A stretch of 64,000 nt of DNA from contig CAYJKP010000002.1 of NCBI GenBank assembly GCA_964371245.1, positions 178,306-242,305 on the forward strand. Direction: 5' to 3'. This document shows positions 20,130 through 27,716 of the stretch, piece by piece. The notes below the pieces were generated by a model. It searched no databases. It was not told the origin of the DNA and saw only the letters and a program-made list of their open reading frames with translations. Source of the stretch: an uncultured Gammaproteobacteria bacterium (GTDB lineage: Bacteria; Patescibacteriota; Patescibacteriia; JAHIZJ01). Made by a program: the position numbers and the translations under genes. Positions within the stretch are counted from its first letter, which is position 1. The number at the start of each line of letters is the position of its first letter.

Positions 20130-22102
20130 CCGCAACGCCAGCAAAAAGCAAAAAAACGCCTCAACGGCGGTGGTTGTGGGTAACCCTAGCCGTCGTTTTT
20201 ATAATTATTATCGGTATCGCCGGCCTACTCGTCTATCAAGTCTCAGCCTACCACGACAGCGTGATCCCGGGCGTTCGACTGGCCGGACGGGCCCAGGCTG
20301 GATTCATGAGCCGTCTCAGCCAACCAGACCTTGAGTCGCTCCTCACCACCTACCAACAAAATATTGATGACGAAGGCTTTACTTTCGAATTTCAGACGCG
20401 AAAAGCAAATCTTCCCTCGCTCGTCCAGTCGACGGTCGATCCAGATCTTTCCCAGCAGCTTTTTTCGGTAGACATCACCGCGACGAAAGACGCCGTCTGG
20501 AGCTACGGCCATCACGCTTCGTTTGTCCGCAACGCGGGGGATGTTATGCGAGCGTTTTTTATCGGGATTGATGTCCCGGTCCAGTACACGCTTAATCGTG
20601 CCGGCGTGAAAAAAGTCCTACAGGAGAATTTTAAAGAATACGACAATCCAGCGACAAATCCGCAAATAGCCGTCCAGCCAGGCGGAACGATTTCCGTCAC
20701 ACCGGAGCAGTCCGGCGAAACCTTGGATTATGACCAAGCCTTGTCTGAATTAGCCGCTCAGATTGAAGCGCTTGATAATGAAACAATAACGCTCAAAAAA
20801 ATATATGACCAGCCGACAATCACAACCGATGAGATTGCGTCGGCTCGAACCGACCTCGGTACCCTGATAAAAACCCTTCCCTGGACACTCAGCTATGAAG
20901 ACAAGCGTTGGGCGATTACCTTGGCCGAGGTAACGCATTGGTTTCGCTTCAGCCGTCGTGACGATGGCTCGGTCACCTTCGATTTCGATCCCGCGGGTGT
21001 TGCCCAATTCCTCGATGCGACGCCCGGACCAATCATTAATGTTGAGGCGAAAGAAGGAAAATTCAAGATCAATAACGGCCGCGTCACGGAATTTCAAGTC
21101 AGTACGCCCGGCCAACACATTGACCTCGACAAGACAGTCGCTAATCTCAACGAAGCGATGATTGCAAAAGGCGCAACAGAAAGCCTGATCGCCGTTCAGA
21201 TAACCGAACCGCAGTCAAAAGAAACGGATGTCAACGAGCTTGGCATCAAGGAACTGGTGGCTGAAGGACGGACCGATTTCAAGGGCAGTCCAGCCAACCG
21301 GATACACAATATCACCGTCGGCGCCGAAACGCTAAACGGTCTCGTCATCAAGCCGGACGAGGAATTTTCATTGATCAAAGCACTCGGAAAAATCGACGCC
21401 TCAACCGGCTACAAGAGCGAGCTGGTCATCAAGGGAAATAAGACGGTGCCGGAATATGGCGGCGGGTTATGCCAAATTGGTACGACCTTCTTCCGGCTCG
21501 TTTTGAATACCGGCCTGCCGGTGCTGGAACGGCAAAACCATTCCTACCGCGTCTCGTATTACGAACCGCCGGTTGGTAAAGACGCCACGATCTATGATCC
21601 CAAGCCGGATTTTCGCTTTACAAACGACTATGATCATCACTTGCTTTTGCAGACCCGGATTGAGGGTACGCAATTGATTTTTGAGTTCTATGGTACCAAA
21701 GACGCGCGGACGATCGAACAGTCCGATCCGAAAATTTATAATTACGTCAGCCCTGGTCCAACCAAGATGGTTGAAACTGAAGATCTGGCCCCGGGCGAGA
21801 AAAAATGCACCGAAAAAGCCCACACCGGCGCTGACGCGGAATTCACCTATACCGTCACGTATCCGAATGGGGAGGTTAAACCAACCACCTTTAAATCACA
21901 TTATAAGGCATGGCCAGCCGTTTGTCTGGTTGGAAAACAGCCCAGCCCGCCTGAAACACCCCCGGTCGAACCACCCGCGACCAATACAAATGCAAACGCC
22001 AACACGAACGCCAACGTGAACACGAATTCTAACGCAAACACAAATACGACGACCAACACGAACACGAATAGCAACGCTAACGTTAACGCAGAAACCCCAT
22101 AA
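20126..22102 (+). CDS. VanW family protein (YoaR-like), membrane anchored, with Asn/Thr-rich low-complexity C-terminal tail
   Basis: N-terminal TM. VanW domain core (GYKSELVIKGNKTVPEYGGGLCQIGTTFF). C-terminal TNTNANANTNANVNTNSNANTN tail. Confidence 0.75.
   Translation: MTATPAKSKKTPQRRWLWVTLAVVFIIIIGIAGLLVYQVSAYHDSVIPGVRLAGRAQAGFMSRLSQPDLESLLTTYQQNIDDEGFTFEFQTRKANLPSLVQSTVDPDLSQQLFSVDITATKDAVWSYGHHASFVRNAGDVMRAFFIGIDVPVQYTLNRAGVKKVLQENFKEYDNPATNPQIAVQPGGTISVTPEQSGETLDYDQALSELAAQIEALDNETITLKKIYDQPTITTDEIASARTDLGTLIKTLPWTLSYEDKRWAITLAEVTHWFRFSRRDDGSVTFDFDPAGVAQFLDATPGPIINVEAKEGKFKINNGRVTEFQVSTPGQHIDLDKTVANLNEAMIAKGATESLIAVQITEPQSKETDVNELGIKELVAEGRTDFKGSPANRIHNITVGAETLNGLVIKPDEEFSLIKALGKIDASTGYKSELVIKGNKTVPEYGGGLCQIGTTFFRLVLNTGLPVLERQNHSYRVSYYEPPVGKDATIYDPKPDFRFTNDYDHHLLLQTRIEGTQLIFEFYGTKDARTIEQSDPKIYNYVSPGPTKMVETEDLAPGEKKCTEKAHTGADAEFTYTVTYPNGEVKPTTFKSHYKAWPAVCLVGKQPSPPETPPVEPPATNTNANANTNANVNTNSNANTNTTTNTNTNSNANVNAETP
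21980..22090 (+). repeat. imperfect tandem hexanucleotide-like repeat (AAY-RCN units) encoding the Asn/Thr/Ala tail of VanW
   Basis: aatacaaatgcaaacgccaacacgaacgccaacgtgaacacgaattctaacgcaaacacaaatacgacgaccaacacgaacacgaatagcaacgctaacgttaacgca. Confidence 0.6.
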
Positions 22103-22140
22103 TACGACGCCGTCACAAGATTTATCCCCAGGGGGGGCTC

Positions 22141-22169
22141 TTGACGGTGTTTTTTAGTTGTCGTAGAAT
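22141..22169 (+). promoter_or_regulatory. sigma70-like promoter (TTGACG-17-TAGAAT)
   Basis: Consensus-like hexamers at the start of a ~1 kb protein-free interval. Confidence 0.5.
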
Positions 22170-22176
22170 GCTTTTC

Positions 22177-22491
22177 ACGTGCCTAAAATCGGGCGAGAGT
22201 GGCGTAGTGGGGATCTCGCCCACCGGACCGAGAGTTTCGGCTCTCCACGGTGGATCGAGATCCCCCTCCCACTACTTCCATTGCACCTTCTTCTCGCACG
22301 GCATAGATAATGGGGTGAGGCCTCCCCTACACGTTCCAACGTGTATCGGTGGCCGAACGCATACAACACTGACACCAGGACGGTCATCCGTAAACCATGG
22401 AAGGTTCTCACCCCTGCTACCCCCGCCGCGCGCCATCACGTTACCCCTTTGTTGTACCCCTGGCACGTGATGGTCGCGCGGTTTTTCTTTT
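22177..22491 (+). ncRNA. candidate structured non-coding RNA (unclassified), ~310 nt, GC-rich, bounded by a promoter and a terminator
   Basis: No credible ORF: all six frames give short, overlapping ORFs. Multiple local helices, including mutually exclusive pairings GGGCGAGA/TCTCGCCC and GGGGATCTCG/CGAGATCCCC. Ends in a 15-bp GC stem plus T-run. Confidence 0.35.
22426..22491 (+). terminator. rho-independent terminator (CCGCGCGCCATCACG ... CGTGATGGTCGCGCGG + TTTTTCTTTT)
   Basis: Long GC stem with one bulge, followed by a T-run. Confidence 0.5.
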
Positions 22492-22493
22492 AC

Positions 22494-22523
22494 TTGACAA
22501 TTGGTAAAAAGGAATGATAGGAT
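22494..22523 (+). promoter_or_regulatory. sigma70-like promoter (TTGACA-18-TAGGAT) for a second short transcription unit
   Basis: Immediately follows the previous terminator. The unit ends at the 22758-22799 terminator. Confidence 0.4.
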
Positions 22524-22757
22524 GTGTCCGTCTTCGACAACCACACTACACGGAGGTGCAGTCGTGTCCAGACGGAACAATCATGTCCCGAGGTGCACTC
22601 AAGGCCATCCGCCGACAACAATGGAGGTGCGCTCTAAGTCGAAACACAGCACAATCTACGCTTGCCCATGTTGCGGTCGGGCGGAAACGGTCCACACCGA
22701 AAAAGGCAAGGTCGTCCAACCCGCCAACTGATCATTCCTCGGATCCGAAGAGTCTGA

Positions 22758-22799
22758 CCGTCTCGCCTGCGCGCAGAGACGGTTTTTGTATATTTTTCC
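22758..22799 (+). terminator. rho-independent terminator (CCGTCTCGCCTGCGC/GCGCAGAGACGG + TTTTTGTATATTTTT)
   Basis: Strong GC hairpin plus U-run. Confidence 0.6.
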
Positions 22800-23033
22800 A
22801 CCTTTACTTTTTTTGCAAACACCCTACAATACAAAACAGCTGATCGAGTACCTGCAGTCAAGAGAATTTTCCTGAGGAGATAGAAAAGGTGAAACACCTG
22901 TTCTAGCCTCAGAAAAACCCCCATGCTTTTCGTGACTGCAGATACCTGACCAGCTGAATAAATCCAATATCGATACAAATCTTCAATTCTCGATTTTTTC
23001 GAGAACGCGCTATCTTATCACACCTAAAAAATC

Positions 23034-23063
23034 TTGTCAAGACCCCTCAAAAGGTGGTACACT
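23034..23063 (+). promoter_or_regulatory. sigma70-like promoter (TTGTCA-18-TACACT) for the NIF3-ruvB-queH operon
   Basis: Hexamers ~30 nt upstream of the 23094 start. An upstream palindrome TTCTCGATTTTTTCGAGAA is at ~22986-23004. Confidence 0.45.
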
Positions 23064-23093
23064 GAGGTGACTTATCTTCTCTAAAAAAAGCAT

Positions 23094-24074
23094 ATGACGA
23101 TCAAAAACATTTATGACCTGGCAGTTCGTCTCGGCATTGCCAATGATCTCCGTGGCCAAAAAGCGGTCGTAAAAAAGCTCAATAAAGAACGGGCAAAATA
23201 TGAGGCGCTCCGCGGCGATGACCGGAAGGAATTCGACACCGAACGGCTGGTTAACCCTTTTTCTGATACGCGCATTTACTACGGCAATCCGGAGCAACCG
23301 GTCCGACGCGTCCTGGCTGGCATCGATATCGAAGCGGCTGAAATACTCGTGGCCAAAGAGCTGAGCCGGCAGAAACCCATTGATTTGATTATCTCGCACC
23401 ATCCGATCGGCGTCGGCTTGGCCGGCCTCGACGAAGTGATGCAGATGCAAGCGGAAATTTACGCTCTCTACGGCGTCCCGATCAATATCGGTGAATCATT
23501 GCAGCGCAAGCGAATCAGTGAGGTAGCGCGCTCGATCTCGGCTGAGAACCATAATAAGACCGTCGACGCCGCCCGGCTGATGAATATGCCGTTGATGTCA
23601 ATGCATACGGCGACGGATAATCTGGTCGCAAAATTCCTTGATACGCTCATCAAACGGCAGCGCCAAACATTGGACACCGTTGACGATGTCATGAAATTAT
23701 TAAAAACGATACCGGAATATGCCGCGGCCATGCGCCTAAAAGCCGGCCCGAAACTCTTCGCCGGGCACTTGGATCACTCCCTCGGGAAAATTGCGCTCTC
23801 GGAAGTGACGGGCGGCACTTCGGGCGCGAAAGAAATTTTCGCCGAACTCTCGCGCGCCGGCGTCGGGACGATTGTCGGCATGCACATGTCCGAAGAACAT
23901 AAGAACGAAGCAGAGAAAAATCATCTCAACGTCATCATCGCCGGACATATTTCATCCGACTCGATCGGCTTAAATTTGTTTCTCGATGAACTTGAGAAAA
24001 AAGGCATCGAGATAATTCCCTGCGGCGGTCTGATCCGCATCAGCCGAGTAAAAAAAGTTCAGCGTAAAAAATAA
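23094..24074 (+). CDS. Nif3-like dinuclear metal center protein (YqfO/GTP cyclohydrolase 1 type 2 family)
   Basis: Conserved SHHP motif (LIISHHPIGVG) and a C-terminal metal-binding region with the IIAGHISSD segment of NIF3 family proteins. Confidence 0.7.
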   Translation: MTIKNIYDLAVRLGIANDLRGQKAVVKKLNKERAKYEALRGDDRKEFDTERLVNPFSDTRIYYGNPEQPVRRVLAGIDIEAAEILVAKELSRQKPIDLIISHHPIGVGLAGLDEVMQMQAEIYALYGVPINIGESLQRKRISEVARSISAENHNKTVDAARLMNMPLMSMHTATDNLVAKFLDTLIKRQRQTLDTVDDVMKLLKTIPEYAAAMRLKAGPKLFAGHLDHSLGKIALSEVTGGTSGAKEIFAELSRAGVGTIVGMHMSEEHKNEAEKNHLNVIIAGHISSDSIGLNLFLDELEKKGIEIIPCGGLIRISRVKKVQRKK

Positions 24075-24077
24075 GCC

Positions 24078-25100
24078 ATGCCCAAAGAACGCGTCATTGC
24101 CGGTGAGGAAAAACCGGAAGACGAACGGCTCGACTATACGTTGCGGCCGAAAACCCTGAAAGAATACGTCGGCCAGGACACGATCAAAGCGAACCTGAAG
24201 ATTTTCATGTCCGCGGCCAAAAAACGGAATGAGGCGATTGAGCACGTCCTTCTCCACGGCTCGCCCGGTCTCGGCAAGACAACACTGGCGCATATTATCG
24301 CCCGAGAAATGGGGGTCAATATCCGCGTCACCTCCGGCCCGGCCATTGAGCGGGCCGGCGACCTCGGCTCGATCCTGACGAATTTAGAAGATCGCGATAT
24401 CATCTTCATTGACGAAATACACCGTCTGAACCGGGTGGTCGAGGAAACGCTCTACCCAGCCATGGAGGAATATGGCATCGACATCGTCCTCGGCAAAGGC
24501 TTAGGCGCCCGCACCATGCGCCTGGATCTGCCGAAATTCACGCTCATCGGCGCCACCACACAAATCAGCAAACTATCCTCGCCGCTCCGCGACCGCTTCG
24601 GCAACACTTTCCGGCTTGATTACTATGCCGACAAGGACATCGAGCAGATCCTTCAGCGGTCGGCGAAAATCCTCCGCATCCCGATTGAAGCCGAGGCGGT
24701 GAAAGAAATCGCCCGCCGCAGCCGGAAAACGCCGCGCATCGCCAATCGGCTGTTGAAACGAGTGCGCGATTATGCCGAGATGGAAAACGACGGCCAGGTA
24801 ACCATCGCCTCAACCCAAACCGCGCTCGAAATGCTGGAAATCGACAAATTCGGGCTCGATAAGACTGACCGCCTTATTCTACAAACAATCATCGATAAAT
24901 ACAGCGGCGGCCCGGTTGGCCTGAATACCATTGCCGCGTCGACCTCCGAAGAAATGGACACGATCATGGAGGTCTACGAGCCGTTCCTGCTCCAGCTCGG
25001 CTTCCTGGCACGTACCACTCGCGGCCGGGTCGTGACCAAGCCCGCCTATGACCATCTCAACCGGAAACCGCCGGCCAACCTCCAGGATAAATTAATCTAG
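24078..25100 (+). CDS. ruvB: Holliday junction branch migration DNA helicase RuvB
   Basis: Walker [12 protein letters not shown] and Walker B DEIHRL. AAA+ and winged-helix C-terminus collinear with RuvB. 340 aa. Confidence 0.9.
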   Translation: MPKERVIAGEEKPEDERLDYTLRPKTLKEYVGQDTIKANLKIFMSAAKKRNEAIEHVLLHGSPGLGKTTLAHIIAREMGVNIRVTSGPAIERAGDLGSILTNLEDRDIIFIDEIHRLNRVVEETLYPAMEEYGIDIVLGKGLGARTMRLDLPKFTLIGATTQISKLSSPLRDRFGNTFRLDYYADKDIEQILQRSAKILRIPIEAEAVKEIARRSRKTPRIANRLLKRVRDYAEMENDGQVTIASTQTALEMLEIDKFGLDKTDRLILQTIIDKYSGGPVGLNTIAASTSEEMDTIMEVYEPFLLQLGFLARTTRGRVVTKPAYDHLNRKPPANLQDKLI

Positions 25101-25101
25101 C

Positions 25102-25680
25102 ATGCCCCGCCTGCTTCTCCACGCCTGCTGCGCGCCGTGCGTGGTCTATCCGATCGAGCGGCTTGAACCCGAATTTGAACTCGGCGTGTTTTTTTATAAT
25201 CCAAACATCCAGCCGGCCGAGGAATATGACAAGCGGCTGTCCGAATTGATCCGCTTTTGCCAAAAACAGAATATGGTTCTTATTGAACGACCGTACGATA
25301 CTGCCGAGTGGTTTGATAAAATAAAAGGTCTCGAGAACGAGCCCGAGCGCGGACGGCGGTGCGATATCTGTTATGAAATGCGCTTAAGAAAAACGGCCGA
25401 GTACGCAAAGAAAAATGGCTTTGCCTGGTTTGGCACCGGACTGACCAGCAGTCCGTATAAAAAGGCGGACAAAATAAACGAGCTCGGCCAGCAATTAGAA
25501 AAAGAGCTGGGTGTGAAATATTACGCCGCTGATTTCAAGAAAAAGGGCGGGGCGCTCCGGGCCGTGGAGCTTTCAAAGAAATACGGTTTTTACCGCCAAA
25601 ATTATTGCGGGTGCGTATTTTCGAAACGGGAACGCGAGACAAAAGACGCAAAACGTAGAGAAGCCTTAAGGCTTCTCTAA
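25102..25680 (+). CDS. queH: epoxyqueuosine reductase QueH (DUF208)
   Basis: N-terminal HACCAPC cluster and C-terminal CGC motif characteristic of QueH. 192 aa. Confidence 0.8.
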   Translation: MPRLLLHACCAPCVVYPIERLEPEFELGVFFYNPNIQPAEEYDKRLSELIRFCQKQNMVLIERPYDTAEWFDKIKGLENEPERGRRCDICYEMRLRKTAEYAKKNGFAWFGTGLTSSPYKKADKINELGQQLEKELGVKYYAADFKKKGGALRAVELSKKYGFYRQNYCGCVFSKRERETKDAKRREALRLL

Positions 25681-25709
25681 ATACAATGCGCTTGTTCGCG
25701 TTTTTAGCC

Positions 25710-25738
25710 TTGACAAAACTACGCTTTTACTGTATTAT
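25710..25738 (+). promoter_or_regulatory. sigma70-like promoter (TTGACA-17-TATTAT) ahead of a structured leader
   Basis: Consensus hexamers. Followed by a 13-bp inverted repeat GAAGACCGAAaag...ctttGTTCGGTCTTC. Confidence 0.45.
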
Positions 25739-25903
25739 ACTCGGTTCATTGAATAATCATGAGAAGACCGAAAAGAACGCTTGTTTAATCAAGTGCTTTG
25801 TTCGGTCTTCTCAAATGAGGAGCCTGGATTTGGTGCCGGAACGCTACCGAGCATCGAATTCACGACACGCAACTTCCGCACGATGCCTGAAAGGAGGCGC
25901 GCG

Positions 25904-26209
25904 ATGGGAGCGGTGCTACTCAGTCACCAGTTGATCGATGGTGGGTTCTTCTGTGCGCTCGGCACCACCGAGCATCCTGGAATGACGCAACCCGGCGTCA
26001 TCGTCAAGAAGGGGACCCCCTTCACCTGGGACTACAACAACGGCACTTTCGTCGTCTACGACGAGGCCGGCCGACCCTGGATCACCGGCGATCGTGCGGT
26101 CATGGATCGCTTCGAGGTCGCCTGCCACCAGCTCAGCCGCGGGGCATACGTCCCGCACTCGAACGACTCCGGCCACTTCATCCGGGCTATCCTCCCGACG
26201 CTACTGTAG
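25904..26209 (+). CDS. hypothetical small protein on a high-GC insert between queH and queA
   Basis: SD AGGAGG 7 nt upstream of ATG. 101 aa. Followed by hairpins and a T-rich stretch. No family assigned. Confidence 0.35.
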   Translation: MGAVLLSHQLIDGGFFCALGTTEHPGMTQPGVIVKKGTPFTWDYNNGTFVVYDEAGRPWITGDRAVMDRFEVACHQLSRGAYVPHSNDSGHFIRAILPTLL

Positions 26210-26309
26210 CCAGCTGTTCGTTCCGCTCTTGCCTCTGCGGATTTTTACCACTTCGGTGGTAAGGATCCCGGGGGCTTTTCTTTTCCAGAAAAACACGTAC
26301 AATACGTAT

Positions 26310-27329
26310 GTGAAACTTTCACTTTTTGATTACCATCTCCCAAAATCCCAGATTGCGCAAAAACCCGTCCGGCCGCGCGATCATTCGCGCCTCCTGGTGT
26401 TGGATTGGAAAACAAAGACTATCGAACACCGGCATTTTTATGATCTGGCTGAATACCTAAAACCCGGTGACGTGCTCGTGCTGAATAATTCAAAGGTGTT
26501 TCCGGCCCGGCTGATCGGCCGGAAACCGACCGGCGGGAAAATCGAAGTTTTTTTATTGCACCAAGAAAATCCGAACACCTGGTCTTGTTTGCTTGGCGGC
26601 AAAGGGCGACGCGTGGGATTACAAATTACCGTAGGCGAACAAGCACTTGTTCGCCTACGGGGTATCATAACAAAACAGCTTCCCGACGGTACCTGGCACA
26701 TCCGCTTCAACCAATCCGGCCGCAAACTCCTCGACTCAATAAATATCCTCGGCCAAGCGCCCACCCCGCCCTATATCAAACGCGCCTCGAATCTGAAAGA
26801 ATACCAGACGGTCTACGCCGACAAGGCTGGCTCAGTGGCCGCGCCAACCGCCGGGTTTCACTTTACAAAACCATTACTAAACAAACTGCGGAAACGAGGC
26901 GTCCACGCCGAGTTTATCACCTTGCACGTCGGCCTGGGCACATTCCAGCCGGTAAAATCCAACGACATACAAAAACACCGGATGCATCCGGAATTTGTCG
27001 AGGTTGACAAAGCCGTCCATCGGCGGCTGGTAAAAGCAAAAAAAGAAGGCCGGCGCATTATCGCGGTCGGCACCACGACGGTCCGGACACTCGAAACCTT
27101 GCCGAGAAAACTCGTTACATCCCGGCGCTGGATAAATACGTTCATCTACCCAGGTTACAAATTTAAGATGGTCGACGGCTTGGTAACGAATTTTCATTTG
27201 CCGAAATCGACCTTACTTATGCTCGTCTCAGCCTTTGCCGGGCGGACGCTCATACTCAAGGCGTATACACGGGCCATACAAAAGGGATATCGGTTCTATT
27301 CCTTCGGCGACGCCATGCTGATATTATAA
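26310..27329 (+). CDS. queA: S-adenosylmethionine:tRNA ribosyltransferase-isomerase QueA
   Basis: GTG start giving VKLSLFDYHLPKSQIAQKP, the canonical QueA N-terminus. Collinear over 340 aa with FHFT and GTT motifs. Confidence 0.85.
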   Translation: MKLSLFDYHLPKSQIAQKPVRPRDHSRLLVLDWKTKTIEHRHFYDLAEYLKPGDVLVLNNSKVFPARLIGRKPTGGKIEVFLLHQENPNTWSCLLGGKGRRVGLQITVGEQALVRLRGIITKQLPDGTWHIRFNQSGRKLLDSINILGQAPTPPYIKRASNLKEYQTVYADKAGSVAAPTAGFHFTKPLLNKLRKRGVHAEFITLHVGLGTFQPVKSNDIQKHRMHPEFVEVDKAVHRRLVKAKKEGRRIIAVGTTTVRTLETLPRKLVTSRRWINTFIYPGYKFKMVDGLVTNFHLPKSTLLMLVSAFAGRTLILKAYTRAIQKGYRFYSFGDAMLIL

Positions 27330-27364
27330 CGCTGACAAATTCGCAAAACAGGCACGGGGCGTAA

Positions 27365-27397
27365 TAAAAAGACGCGGTAAGACTGCGTCTTTTTTAC
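27365..27397. terminator. bidirectional rho-independent terminator between queA and a convergent gene
   Basis: AAAAAGACGCGGTAAGACTGCGTCTTTTTT. Confidence 0.65.
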
Positions 27398-27408
27398 TGG
27401 ATTGAATG

Positions 27409-27711
27409 TTACGCCGTGGTCGCCACGATTTCGGCAAAGTGTTCCAGGGCCTTTTTTTGAGATTCCTCCAGATCCTTGAACGGCTGACGCAAGATGCAGT
27501 AGCTGATCGCCTCCAGATAGACCAGCGGGTCATGGCTGTTGAGCTGCTTATCTTTAAGGTATTGGCGGGCGCAGCTCAAGAGATCGGTCATTTCAGCCGA
27601 GTCTTCGGCCGGCAATTTCACCTCGTCGCTAAAAAATCCTTGCTGAATAAGAAACGTCTGTAATTCCACGGCCGACGGATGGCAATCAATGGGTTGGTCC
27701 GTTGAATCCAT
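27409..27711 (-). CDS. hypothetical protein
   Basis: 100-aa ORF with coding-like composition, translationally close to the downstream SpoIID-like gene. Confidence 0.4.
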   Translation of the reverse strand: MDSTDQPIDCHPSAVELQTFLIQQGFFSDEVKLPAEDSAEMTDLLSCARQYLKDKQLNSHDPLVYLEAISYCILRQPFKDLEESQKKALEHFAEIVATTA

Positions 27712-27716
27712 ACATT

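Noticed and set aside
22230-22270. tRNA-like T-arm impression (GGTGGATCGAGATCCCC)
   Set aside because: No TPsiC-type loop (TTCRA), and no D-arm, anticodon arm or acceptor stem closing with the 5-prime region. Cannot be folded into a cloverleaf.
22141-22843. Short overlapping ORFs (109, 78, 102, 76, 109 aa) in the VanW-NIF3 spacer, including a 36-aa reading frame starting MEVRSKSK reminiscent of the ribosomal protein L36 N-terminus
   Set aside because: All overlap one another in different frames, lack SDs, and coincide with a promoter/terminator-bounded structured region. The L36-like start is not followed by the conserved C-x2-C...C...H zinc pattern, so it is not called as rpmJ.
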